Below are positions 1-12,800 of a DNA stretch of 64,000 nucleotides, piece after piece. The translations under genes and the position numbers were made by a program. Location: positions 92,132,001 through 92,196,000 of the forward strand of contig OZ024745.1 in assembly GCA_964016885.1 (NCBI GenBank). The letters run 5' to 3'. Below the pieces are notes generated by a model. The model made no database searches, had not been told where the DNA came from, and saw only the letters and a list, made by a program, of their open reading frames with translations. The number at the start of each line of letters is the position of its first letter. Positions within the stretch are counted from its first letter, which is position 1. The stretch comes from Eledone cirrhosa (lineage: Eukaryota).

Positions 1-51
1 AAATGAAAACTACGGTTTTGTTCTAGAATTGTATTCATCTTCTTCAATTAT

Positions 52-245
52 AATTGTTTCTACTTTTGGCACAAGGTCAACAATTACACCAGTGCATTAC
101 TGGTGCTTTATTTTATTGACCCCGTAAGGATGAAAGGCGAGTTAACCTTGGCGGGATTTGAACCTAGAACGTAAAGGGCCATAACTCTATGTTGCAAAGC
201 ATGGTGTCTGATGCTCTACCGATACTGCCAATTCACTGCATTTCC
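52..245 (-). mobile_element. tRNA-derived SINE, family A
   Basis: Reverse complement of the ~190-bp family with A-box-like TGGCAGTATCGG, B-box GAGTTCAAATCC, core CCTTTCATCCTTACGGGGTCGATAAAATAAAGTACCAG and tail GTAGAAACAATTAT. About 20 copies in the window, e.g. 10050-10260+, 22172-22353-, 32917-33120-, 37452-37641+, 52598-52779+, 57640-57830+. Confidence 0.8.
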
Positions 246-279
246 TCAATTATAATGATGACTTTTTTTTCACTTGTAG

Positions 280-516
280 TTATTTACGAGAGCACGAGCC
301 TGTGCACCAGCTATCATCTTTCTTGATGAACTGGATGCATGTTTTGGCAAACGATCTGATAGCGGTTCCGGTGACAGTTGTAGTGTAAAAGATCGTTTGT
401 TGTCCACATTACTCAATCAAATGGATGGCATTGGAGTGAAATTAGATGATGTTCAACATTCAACATCTACTGTACAACCTATTACCTCAAACACCACAAA
501 TACTGAAGCTCCTATT
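280..516 (+). CDS. SPATA5L1: SPATA5L1/AFG2B-like AAA+ ATPase, internal coding exon (D2 Walker B)
   Basis: ttgtAG acceptor, 237 nt open in phase 0, GTAAGT donor. Translates [25 protein letters not shown]...[18 protein letters not shown]...EAPI, with Walker B (IIFLDE) and the DG(I/V)G(V/L)K-plus-insertion pattern I recall from SPATA5L1. Upstream exons lie outside the window. Confidence 0.88.
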
Positions 517-609
517 GTAAGTTTTATCAATCTTTCTTAACAATTTTCATAATCCTTGCATTGGCATTCAACCTCCTAATGCATGATTCTATAACTGCTG
601 TGGCATTAA

Positions 610-817
610 CCCTTTAGCATTTACATTACTCTATATACATTTTTGTATTTTCGCAGTAAAGGCTTTATGTCACATAATATTGAATCTATGAGATTTTGAT
701 ATTATTTATTTTGAGTACAATACCATAACATCAGTATGAGCAGCTGGTTACAGCCATTTTGAGCAGAAAGAGGTGAGAGAATTCAGGTCAGTTATGGCTG
801 GTTTTAATGCTAAAGGG
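610..817. mobile_element. piggyBac-type MITE
   Basis: TTAA target duplication (606-609, 818-821) and TIR CCCTTTAGCATT...AATGCTAAAGGG. Further copies at 9143-9337 and 34267-34481. Confidence 0.85.
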
Positions 818-1594
818 TTAATTCAGAATGATTTCACACCAAATCCAGGATTTCAGTTCTTACTTATCAATAAGATAAATATGTTTTAAAAATAAGTTGC
901 TTTGTTTCTTGGTTGCTTTCTTTTTTTTATTTTTTTAGTCTACCATATTTTTCGGAATATAAGACACAACCTTATGTTGAAGAAAAAAGTTAATATTCAG
1001 CTCTACTTATATATAGTTTGTGTTTTGTATATTATTAGTATTGTATTCATATATTTGATATAGTGAGTGGAAGTAGATTTTGACAATCAAATTTAGGTAT
1101 AAAAGTGATGTGTTTATCTACCAGAATGGTATGTGAAGGCTGAGGTAGTTGCTGGCTAAAGTAGAACAAATTGTCGTGATGTCTGATAGAATTAAGGGAA
1201 TGTTGAATGTAGAACATGAGAGTAGGATTGCAACATAGAGAGCAATCTAGTTCTTGAAGATGCAGAGGAGATATAACAGTGTAAGAAGCTGAAGAAACAA
1301 TAAAAAAGATGAAGAAAAGTGTGACAGTTGTGGGAGATGTGTTAAAGGCCGCAGTGTGAAAACCCCTTTGTTATCCTCTTTCTAATGAAATGAACTGTAT
1401 TTCAATAACTTTATACCTGTGTATAAATCTATCCCTTATTTTATGTCTGTGAAACAGGCAAAATTCCAAATCCTGTGTATAAACTGAGGCAGCGAATGAT
1501 CACATTATGTTTAGATGGTACAGTTTTGAAATTCTTATGGGTGGAGAATATATTTATGAAGTTTTGATATTTAACCTTCCTACAACCATCAATA

Positions 1595-3262
1595 TATTAT
1601 TTCTGCTACAAACATCAGTGTATTATTTCTGCTACGAACAGTGTATTATTTCTGCTACAAACAGTGTATTATTTCTGCTACAAACAGTCTATTATTTCTG
1701 CTACAAACAGCGTAATATTTCTGCTACAAACAGCGTAATATTTCTGCTACAAACAGTGTATTATTTCTGCTACAAACAGTGTATTATTTCTGCTACAAAC
1801 AGCGTAATATTTCTGCTACAAACAGTGTATTATTTTTGCTACAAACATTAGTGTATTATTTCTGCTACAAACATTAGTGTATTATTTCTGCTACAAACAT
1901 TAGTGTAATATTTCTGCTACAAACATTAGTCTATTATTTCTGCTACAAACATTAATGTAATATTTATGCTACAAACATTAATGTAATATTTATGCTACAA
2001 ACATTAGTGTAATATTTATGCTACAAACATCCCTATAATATTTCTGCTACAAACTGTAATATTTCTCCTATAAACAGTGTATTATATCAGCTACAAACAG
2101 TAATATTTCTGCTACAAACAGTGTAATATTTCTGCTACCAACAGTGTAATATTTCTGCTACCAACAGTGTAATATTTCTGCTATAAACAGTGTAATATTT
2201 CAGTTACAAACAGTGTAATATTTCTGCTACAAACAGTGTAATATTTCTGCTACAAACAGTGTAATATTTCTGCTACAAGTAGTGTAATATTTCTGCTACA
2301 AGCAGTGTAATATTTCTGCTACAAGCAGTGTAATATTTCTGCTACAAACAGTGTAATATTTCTGCTACAAACAGTGTAATGCTTCTGCTACAAAGATCAG
2401 TGTAATGTTTCTGCTACAAACGGTGTAATATTTCTGCTACAAACAGTGTATTATTTCTGCTATAAACAGTATAATATTTCTGCTACAAACGGTGTAATAT
2501 TTCTGCTATAAATAGTGTAATATTTCAGCTACAAACAGTGTAATATTTCAGCTACAAACAGTGTAATATTTCAGCTACAAACAGTGTAATATTTCAGCTA
2601 CAAACAGTGTAATATTTCTGCTACAAACAGTGTATTATTTCTGTATAAACAGTATAATATTTCAGCTACAAACAGTATTATTTCTGCTACAAACAGTGTA
2701 ATATTTCTGCTACAAATGGTGTAATATTTCTGCTACAAACAGTGTGATACTTCTGCTATAAACAGTATAATATTTCTGTTACAAACAGTATAATATTTCT
2801 GCTACAAACTGTATTATTTCTGCTATAAACAGTATAATATTTCAGCTACAAACAGTATTATTTCTGCTACAAACAGTGTAATATTTCTGCTATAAACAGT
2901 GTAATATTTCTGCTACAAATGGTGTAATATTTCTGCTACAAACAGTATAATATTTCTGCTACAAACAGTGTAATATTTCTGTTACAAATGGTGTAATATT
3001 TCTGCTACAAACAGTGTGATATTTCTACTATAAACAGTATAATATTTCTACTACAAACAGTGTAATATTTCTGCTATAAACACTGTAATATTTCTGCTAC
3101 AAACATCAGTGTAATATTTCTGCTATAAATAGTGTATTATTTCTGCTATAAACAGTATAATATTTTTGCTACAAACAGTGTAATATTTCTGCTATAAACA
3201 GTGTAATATTTCTACTACAAACAGTGCAATATTTCTGCTACAACCATCATTGTATTATTTTC
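1595..3262. repeat. intronic minisatellite, ~23-bp unit AGTGTAATATTTCTGCTACAAAC (26-bp variants)
   Basis: Roughly 70 head-to-tail copies with no spacers. Explains ORF 1507-1851. Confidence 0.95.
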
Positions 3263-3387
3263 TGGTTTCTTTTGATTCTCAATGTCTTCTTTCTCACCTA
3301 TAAATGGCTGCTTTTTGTCATTTAGTCTGTAGAACTTAACATTATACAAGTTGCTAGTTTAATTATCTGGGTTTCTCATTTCTTTAG

Positions 3388-3597
<210 letters not shown>

Positions 3598-3819
3598 TGA
3601 GGGAAATTTGACAGAGAGAGACTACAGAGAAGCCCACTTTATATATCATGACTATAATCATTATTTTATGTCCACTTTCCATGTTGGGATGGTCAGTTGG
3701 ATTTACTGCTTTTTAAAATAGGGTGCAGGACTATGTCTCACTCACTTTTGGCATGGTTTCTATAACTGAATATGCCTAACACCTGTTTTACAGAGTGAAC
3801 TGGGTGCATTTTGTTGTAA

Positions 3820-3861
<42 letters not shown>

Positions 3862-4214
3862 CATCATCCTCGTTTAATATTCATTTTCCATGCTGGCATA
3901 GGTAAGATGTGTCCTGTTGAGACAACCAGGTCGGAGGACCGCGTTTTGCTCACAGAAAACTGATTTTGTCTGGGATTCTACAGTTGGATGTCCTTCCTAA
4001 TGCCGGCCATATAGTGTGTACTGGGTGTTTTTTGTCATGACACCTACATGACCACTTTACAGTGTGGGCTGGGTGCTTCTTGGACCAGATAACGTATTGT
4101 GTTCTTGTGCATTTCATTTTGGTTATTCAGTATAATTCTTATCTTTATATTTTGTCACTGATCATTTGTAAATTATTCAGCATTTAAGATAAATTTCCTT
4201 TTTCTAAATTGTAG

Positions 4215-4358
<144 letters not shown>

Positions 4359-4458
4359 TAAAATATATTTATTCACTTGAAAGAATTGTATTACTGAAGT
4401 CGATTTAATTCCTTCTCACTAAATAATCTTTTTTTTTTTTCTTCTTCTTTCCTTCTAG

Positions 4459-4632
4459 GCTGCCCTCCTTGCTGTTCAGGAAGAAGGATTTTCTGTAAAA
4501 ACTGTCACAATGCAAAATTTTCTAGATGCACTCAATAGTCGTGGTTCATCTCTCTCTGATCATTTTATACATCAATATGAAGAAATAAAGACGAGATTTG
4601 CTCGACTTACTGGGAAACATAAACATTTATAA
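4459..4632 (+). CDS. SPATA5L1: SPATA5L1/AFG2B-like, terminal coding exon
   Basis: Long polypyrimidine tract plus ctAG. AALLAVQEEGFSVKTVTMQNFLDAL...KHKHL then TAA at 4630-4632. The four exons splice in frame. Confidence 0.9.
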   Translation, partial: AALLAVQEEGFSVKTVTMQNFLDALNSRGSSLSDHFIHQYEEIKTRFARLTGKHKHL

Positions 4633-4704
4633 AAATACCATCAGTCAAAGAAGAAAGAAAACAATTCGATAAAATGTGATCATCAGGCCATGTACTTTAT
4701 GGTC

Positions 4705-4710
4705 AATAAA
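4705..4710 (+). promoter_or_regulatory. candidate polyadenylation signal of the AAA ATPase gene
   Basis: AATAAA ~70 nt after the stop codon, followed by T-rich sequence. Confidence 0.5.
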
Positions 4711-7184
4711 CTAAACATTTTTTTTTACATATTAATGCATTCGTAGATTATTTTTAACATATCATTTCTGTATTAGATTCAATAGTCTAATATATTTTTT
4801 CCATCGTACAATAGATTTTTTTTTTAATTTCTTTTTTTTAGAATTGATTTCAGTTGGTTTTTTTTTTTTATTTCTTCTTTAGAATTGATTTCAGTTGGTT
4901 TTTATTTTTTTTTTATTTTTATGCTACTGGAACATTTTACAAATGTAGCTTATATCAGAACTGATTTATATGTTTTTTTTTCTTTTTTTTTTTTTGTAGT
5001 TATTTCAATTATTTTTCCAAATGGTAAAGTTGACATAGATTGTAGTGTTGAATTTAGATACTTTATGGTATAATTATTTCAAGATTTAAAACCCTGGTGA
5101 AATGTCAGCTTTTTCTTTTGTATCCCTATGGATTAACAGTTACTGAGTTTCTTTTGATTTTTAGTAATTGTCTATTTTTTTCTAGGTTCATTGTGATTCA
5201 GTCTTTTGTAAACAATTTTTATAAAAGCTTTTGCATATAGTATTTTGCAAGTACAGTTTACATAAGCCATCTTTATACATGTTTCTTTCTGACATCTTTG
5301 TTAAATGAAGCTTTATGAACCTAATACAGTTAGCCTTGGTTCTATTGTACAAAACTGCTTGTTTTAAAGAACCTCGGTTCACAAATGCCTTTCATCACAA
5401 ACAATTTTTCCAAACATAAAGTGTCTCGGTTCACAAACACTTTTCATCACAAACAATTTTTCCAAACATAAAGTGTCTCATTTCACAAACACCTCTCATC
5501 ATGAATAAATCGATTCACAAACAATTTTTCCGAACATAAAATGTCTTGATTCACAAACAGTGTCTCTAGTAACAAACATGCAAGCTAGCAACAATGGTTG
5601 GAGTATCGGTGGGAAAGTGTCACTTGTTGTGTAATTAGTTACTATAGTGATATCTATTTGTCTTTCATATACAGTCTCTCGCTCTCACTGTATTTCTCTC
5701 TCAACATTTTGTATGGGGAAAAATGGGTTTCTGTTTATGAACATTCCAGGAACAAATATGACCATCTAAACTATAATAAAGGAAGGTCTGTGGGACTGCG
5801 TACGGTTTATTTTTTTATCTCGTTAGTAAAATAAGTTGGATTACTTTGAATAAATAATGAACGAATATTTCATAATTTATCTACTAAAATTCGTAAACAA
5901 AAATAATTTCGTAAAAATAAATAATTTAAAGTTGCACTTCCGGTATATCATTGCCACGACCACCACTTCAACTACCATATATATAGAAAGAGAGAGTGTG
6001 TGATGTCAACACTTCCGGTGGCGATCACTTAAATAAACATAATAATTTTCTGTCACTAATTTTTTCCTAATGCAGTTTATATAAAATATCGTCTCTTTTT
6101 ACTGTATCATGGATTACGTTACTGATTACATAAGACTGTAACACAGTCTTCATTCAATTTCTGTTTATATTGTCAATTATAATTTTATTTGATGTATCAT
6201 ATCTACATGTATATATACTTGCATATAATATCAATATACACACTACACATGCTAGCAGAAAACCACCCTAAGGGTGGTTTTTCTGCTAGTATATCTAATG
6301 AAATACACTCTTTCAGTTATTTCAAGAATTTTGAAAAATTTACTTCAATTATTTCATTACTAAGATAATAACATATGGTTCTTAAATATTAGTATGTTGG
6401 AAGATTTTAATTTAAATAAGGATACTTTAAAATGGGTGGGTTTTGCACCAGAGTTGGTTCGGCCAGGCTGGTAACCAAAAAAAAAAGTTATTAAATCCAT
6501 AAAATACTTGGTTTTTAAAATGCTTTGAAAACAATAAGCAGTGAATTCTATTAGAAATATGATAACGAAAGGGTTTAAAAAATGGGAGAAGGACAGATGG
6601 TGAGAGTAGTAACTTGCTAATTTGGAAGAGTCGAATCTCATGTGTTAGTGATGATATAAGAGGAAACTGCACTTTGGCTGCAAAACATCACTTTAGAAGA
6701 GCAGAATCTCATGTCTTAGTGATATGAGAGAAAACTGCACATCTGTGAGTTAATGATTGCAATTTCTTGCCAAACATGTCAAATGGCTGTCTTTTATGTA
6801 CACTCTTGGATATTTGTTGCAACAGTGACATTGCATACTGGTTCCAATGTGTTTTTCTTTTTTATTTAAATATTTTTTTTTAGCTTTGTTGAGGGTTAGG
6901 AACTGATTACCGCTGAAGTATTCCTCGATTCTAAAAGGGAATCTTAGTCTGATTTACTTTTAGTATTATAAGCAGGGAAAAGCAGACGTCAATTGATGAT
7001 GATGATATTTATATATGTATGTTATTCCGGGTTCAATCGGGAGTAACCACAGTAAGTAAGGTACTCAATACATAGCAGAGTATAAATGTTTTAATATAGA
7101 AAAGTTTCTATAAAGAAGCTTTTCTATATTAAAATATATATATGAAGTATTTCCGTAGAAAGGGTAAAGGAAGGGAGAGTGCTC

Positions 7185-7602
7185 TGTTTCAGATGTCTCT
7201 GTTGAGCTCGCCTGTCTTCGTGAAACCTTTGGTAAATGGAATAATTGTGTTGTTTATTACATAATTAAATATATCGTCACTTTACGTCCGCTTTTCCCTG
7301 CTTGCAAGGGTGGGACACATACACACACACATACATACATACAAACATACACACATATTACTAAAAGTAAATCAGACTACACACACACGTGTGTGTATGT
7401 ATATAGTCTGATTTACTTTTAATAATATATGTGTATGCATGTATGTATAGTAATATATATGTATGTATGTGTCCCACTCTTGCAAGCAGGGAAAAGCGGA
7501 TGTAAAGTGATGATATATTTAATTATGTAATAAACAACACAATTATTCCATTTACCAAAGGTTTCACGAAGACAGGCGAGCTCAACAGAGACATCTGAAA
7601 CA
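7185..7602. repeat. long fold-back palindrome (~420 bp)
   Basis: TGTTTCAGATGTCTCTGTTGAGCTCG... is mirrored at 7602 going backwards. Centre is ACACACACGTGTGTGT (~7381-7396). Confidence 0.9.
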
Positions 7603-7620
7603 TGTGTTTATATATACACA

Positions 7621-7705
7621 CAGGGTGTCCCAAAAATGTATACACATTTCAATAGCATTTATTAGAATGCTATTGAAATGTGTATACATTTTTTAAGACA
7701 CCCTG
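7621..7705. mobile_element. tiny Tc1/mariner-type hairpin MITE
   Basis: CAGGGTGTC...GACACCCTG termini; nearly fully palindromic. Confidence 0.75.
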
Positions 7706-7903
7706 TGTATATGTGATTGTTATATTGTAATGAGAGATTGTGAGGCCTAGCATTTGTAGTGAAGTGGTTTGCCCTAGAACAATGCTGCTCCAACATAGGT
7801 TATGAACTAGGATTCCTTCTGCTTTTAGAATGTGGATGTTCAGCCAAAAAGAAAGAATTATGTAGATGAACAAAATATTTGTCTCTTTTGTCTTTATTGT
7901 ACA

Positions 7904-9035
7904 CTAGCAGTAAAGCCCGGCGTTGCTCGGGGTCGCTCAGTAGCTGTGTTAAAGTTACAATGTTAAGTTTCTTTCTTGGCTTAAAAACTGTAGTGTCTAC
8001 TGTGCAGACTTGCATGTGGTGTTTTTGATTAATATTCCCTCAACCAACAATATGCCTTATGAAGTTAAGAAAACATAACGATAACCCGAATGTTATAACA
8101 AAAGAGGATGCTGGGGATAGAAACTGCACTGGTTATTTATTAACAAAGATCGAAAATGTAAACACTGCAACGCAGAGAAAAACATTAGCGTAACCAAATT
8201 ATCAGTTATGTCTGTCTGCACGCCTATATCACCTCTCTGCACGACTCTGTCTGCACGCCTATATCACCTCTCTGCACGACTCTCTGTCTGCACGCCTATA
8301 TCACCTCTCTGCACGACTGTCTGTCTGCACGCCTATATCACCTCTCTGCACGACTCTGTCTGCACGCCTATATCACCTCTCTGCACGACTCTCTGTCTGC
8401 ACGCCTATATCATCTGTCTGCACGACTGTCTGTCTGCACGCCTAACGACGAAATATTTGCTTGTTTTACGTAGTCTTTAAATAGACTTGTTTTCAAGTAA
8501 AAATATTGTTTTAAAATGCTTTTAAATGGAAATGAAGCAAAACGGGGTCGCTCAGTAGCTGTGTTAAAGTTACAATGTTAAGTTTCTTTTTTGGCTTAAA
8601 AACTGTAGTGTCTACTGTGCAGACTTGCATGTGGTGTTTTTGATTAATATTCCCTCAACCAACAATATGCCTTATGAAGTTAAGAAAACATAACGATAAC
8701 CCGAATGTTATAACAAAAGAGGATGCTGGGGATAAAAACTGCACTGGTTATTTATTAACAAAGACTGAGAAAGCCAGCGTAATTTTTTACGTAAGACGCT
8801 CAATGTAAACAGAACAAAGGGAAATAACTGATAACTTACGCTCAAAAATCGATACATTATATTCGATTTCGTCACATAGGGTGGGTCAATTTGAAATTTT
8901 TTTTTTTCCGATGTCTTCGCTAGGGCTCAATGTACAAGTATAGCAATTTCGGTGCAATTCCGTGAGAGATTCTAAGAGGAGATGTGTGCCAAAAATCGAT
9001 AGACAGACAGACAACCACAGTTTTATATATATAGA
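7904..9035 (-). mobile_element. non-autonomous Helitron
   Basis: On the minus strand: 5' TC(TATATATATAAAA), (GTCT)n, subterminal hairpin CCCGAGCAACGCCGGG and 3' CTAG, inserted between A and T with no TSD. Internal ~220-bp duplication and a ~37-41-bp minisatellite (8208-8445). Confidence 0.85.
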
Positions 9036-9142
9036 TTGTTTATGACTAGAGTAGATGAAGTACAAGATTGTTTTCTTGATATTAAAGACTATATTTTTAT
9101 CACATCTCCATTGAAAAGTGTTTATAGTGGCAGTTTATTTAA

Positions 9143-9337
9143 CTCTAGCATTTACATTATCTATATTTACTTTTGTATTTTCATGGTTAAGGCTTTATCT
9201 CACATAATATCGAATTTATGAGGTTTTGATGTTATTTATTTTGAGAACAATACTTTAGCGTCAGTATGAGTGGCCAGTTTGAACAGAAAAAGGTGAGAGA
9301 ATTCTGGCTGGATATGGCTGGTTTAAATGCTAAAGAG
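9143..9337. mobile_element. piggyBac-type MITE, diverged copy
   Basis: TTAA flanks; homologous to 610-817. Confidence 0.75.
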
Positions 9338-11220
9338 TTAAGGACTATTTTTATCATGTCTAGACAGGAAAAATGTTTGTCTAGTGTGATGTGCTTAGAT
9401 TCCATATGGGTCATGGTTTTGTGTAAAAGCTTAAGATGATGTGAAGAATGATATTTGCATAGGAGTGGTTATTGGTAGAGAGAACAGCATGTCACTAATT
9501 AATGCACAGAAGCCAGACAGTGAAAGATATTACAGGTTATATTAAAGAAAAGAAAATATGGATTGGAGAGGGCCTTATTAGCATACTGATAGTGTATTTT
9601 TAAAATCTAAAATGTCAAGGATGGATTGAGTAAGTGAACAACAGAGACAGGATCTTCTCATGACAGTCATAGTTGAAGTGTTTTGCTGATACCAAGTGAG
9701 ATGACATTGTTGTCACCTAAGTTTTGAAGGGCAACTGACCATTGTTGAGAGGTTTATGAGGTGTATTTTAGGTGTTGGCTTGGTTGTGTGCTTTAGAAGT
9801 TTACTTTAAAACCACGTTTCTTGGTTCAGTTCTACTGCATTGCACCTTGGACAAGTATCTTCTACCATAGACTATGGTGAGTGGAGGAGTTTGGTAGGTG
9901 GATATTATGGAAGCTCATTGTAATATACGCATGTGTAAGTCTTTTACCAACGTGTATATGTGGAGTTAGAGGCACTCTGCATTTCTGACAGTGTCTTGAG
10001 TCATGCCAATGTAGCATTCCTGTTGGAAACAATAACATTATATACCCAATTAGGGTGGTGGATTGGCAGAATTGATAGAGCATTTGCAGTTTAGAGTTAT
10101 GGCCCTTTGCGTTCTGAGTTCAAATCCTGCCGAGGTTAGCTTTGCCATTCATCTTTATGGGGTTGATAAAATAAAGTACCAATCACACACTGGGGTCGAT
10201 TTAATCGACTTTCCTCTTCCCTAAAAATGTTGGCCTTGTGCCTAAATCAGAAACCATTATTACTCACCCAATTGCTATATAAAATCAAATCACTTTTCCA
10301 GTAGATCTGACTATGAAAACCATATTAGTGGTTATTGGGGAGAGAGAGATACTCAAAGTGATTCTTTACAGTTTGTTTCCAATACCATTTTTTTTTTTTG
10401 TTTTTAATATATATATATATATATGTGTGTGTGGCAGCAAATAGCAAAGGAAACAGCAGATGGTTGTGGTTCCTGATTTTGGAAGGCAATTCAATAAACT
10501 GGTATTTAAGGGAAACCCCTGCCATCTATTGTACATTCCTAATAGATTATCATTTATCTAGGGTCTCGAATAATTATCTCCACTCTGCTTAATAATTTTT
10601 CAAATTTTTTCCACACTCCGGTCATTAAATTTTGATAATCCATCTCTGGCGAAATTTTTTCTTAAGTGGGAGCATTTCTGCGACAATTTTCTTTATACAT
10701 TAAAAACATTATACATGACAGGGATACATTACTAGAAATCTCATACATTATAAAATAAATAGGGTGTGTTGAGGGGTGGGGGTGTCTCAATATGTAAACT
10801 AAATGACTAATTCGAGTTTAAAATAAAATCAGGGGAGACAACCTAGAAAATTTATCGAATTTTCTATCTATTGAGACGAGAGTATTTATTTTGTACCAGT
10901 TATGTCCAAGGATGAGAAAACTTGAATAATTAGATCTAAATTTGATACCTTCATCAGTAGTTTAATTTAACAGTTCTTTAATCTTGTGAGTGGGTGGAGC
11001 ACCCGTCTATTACCTCAAAATAAATTAAGTGATTGATTTCTCAGAGTTCCTAAAGAACCTTCCTATCACCCACATTCAGAATATTTCTCATCCATCTTGT
11101 GTTACACTTTTTTTTTAAACTCAATTGTCTGATGTTTAGAAAGTGACTTTTTTTTATAGTATGTTCGAAGCAAATGTTGATCTTTGCCTCATAAAAACAT
11201 ATTGTATGCATGCATTTATG

Positions 11221-11580
11221 TACTCTTGGGTCTCGAATAACCTCCATCCCTCGCACTTATTAATTTTTTAGATTTTTTTCAACCCCCGCTCTTATTCAAA
11301 TCCCCTGTTTATTAAATTTTGCTAATCTATCTCTGGCGAAATTTAATTTTAAGTGATAGCATTCCTGTGACAACTTTCTTTAGATATTAAAAGACATTAT
11401 ACAAGACAAAAAAGTACATTGCTGGAAATTTCATATATGATAAAATAAATAGGATGGGGGGGGGGGGTCTCAATATGTATCCTAAACGACTAATCCTGGT
11501 TTTTAAAAAAAATCAAGGGAGACAACCTAGAAAAATTATCAGCCCCCTCCCCTACACTAATATTTGTAGACTCGAGTGTA
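11221..11580. mobile_element. MITE-like DNA repeat (3 copies)
   Basis: Imperfect TIR TACTCTTGGGTCTCGAATAA / TATTTGTAGACTCGAGTGTA. Related copies at ~10560-10884 and ~32070-32360. Confidence 0.55.
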
Positions 11581-11668
11581 TGTATGTATCTTTGATTCTA
11601 GTAAATCAACTGATCATGTAGATACAAAAAGTTCGGAACTCTTTTGTGTTAATACACTACTTTCATTT

Positions 11669-11903
11669 AAAGGTGTATTTTCTACAAGGTCGCTGAATAT
11701 GTTAGAAATAGCAGCCAAATCGCACTATATAATGTAATCCTAGATATATGCTTAAAAAGACATGGTGGTCATTCCGGCCATGACCATCTTGTCTTTAAGC
11801 ATATATCTAGGATTAAATTATATAGTGTCTTTTAAAGAAAATTGAATGTGATTTGTTTGCTATTTCTAACAGGTTCAGTCACAATGTAGAAAAATCCACT
11901 TTT
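11669..11903. repeat. imperfect fold-back palindrome
   Basis: Inner arms TAATCCTAGATATATGCTTAAA / TTTAAGCATATATCTAGGATTA; outer arms TGTTAGAAATAGCA / TGCTATTTCTAACA. Confidence 0.75.
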
Positions 11904-12342
11904 GTTCGTATGTATGTAAAATATTAACAATTTGGAGAAAGTAATATGATTTGGCTGTTATTTCTAAAGCGTCTAGCTACCATGAATATGATTCACCTTC
12001 AAATATATATATATATTGGCATTAAGAAGGGCATTCAGTCGTAGAAAACCAGCCAGAAACACTCCTATATGAGCGAGATGTGGTCACCCAACCCGGCCTC
12101 TAAATGGGACCCATCTAACCCATGCTAGCGTGGAAGATAGAGATTAATCGATGAAGATGATGATATGTGTGTGTATGTGTTTATGTATAAAGACCCCCTT
12201 CGGTCACAAATGACCATGGGATTTGCACCTAGAAAGTTCCCCAAGGTTTGTTTGTAGAAGAGCGCAGTCGGCCATACATACCAGCCTCCTCTCTCCACAC
12301 TACCGGTCTTGTCCAATGGAAAGGCAATGACTAATTCATCTT

Positions 12343-12800
12343 GGGATTCCTTGACCCAGCTCTTCCTTGGTGTCCCTCTTCTGTAGCCCCCTTCCACTGG
12401 GATTCCTTGACCCAGGTCTTCCTTGGTGTCCCTCTTCTGTAGCCCCCTTCCACTGGGATTCCTTGACCCAGGTCTTCCTTGGTCTCCCTCTTCTGTAGCC
12501 CCCTTCCACTGGGATTCCTTGACCCAGGTCTTCCTTGGTCTCCCTTTTCTGTAGCCCCCTTCCACTGGGATTCCTTGACCCAGGTCTTCCTTGGTCTCTC
12601 TCTTCTGTAGCCCCTTTCCACTGGGATTCCTTGACCCAGGTCTTCCTTGGTCTCCCTCTTCTGTAGCCCCCTTCCACTGGGATTCTTTGACCCAGGTCTT
12701 TCTTGGTCTCCCTCTTCTGTAGACCCCTTCCACTGGGATTCCTTGACCCAGGTCTTCTTTGGTCTTCCTCTTCTGTAGCCCTTTTCTACTGGGATTTCTT
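12343..12800 (-). repeat. 56-bp minisatellite derived from an RTE LINE ORF 3' segment
   Basis: Eight full units at 56-bp spacing. The minus strand encodes IPVEGGYRRGRPRKTW, continuous with a degraded RTE fragment at 12800-13010 (MCMDDDHWVKK). Confidence 0.9.

Noticed and set aside
1595-3262. CRISPR-like array / ORF 1507-1851
   Set aside because: Repeats are contiguous with no unique spacers, lie in a spliceosomal intron and have no cas genes nearby; the ORF is a repeat artefact.
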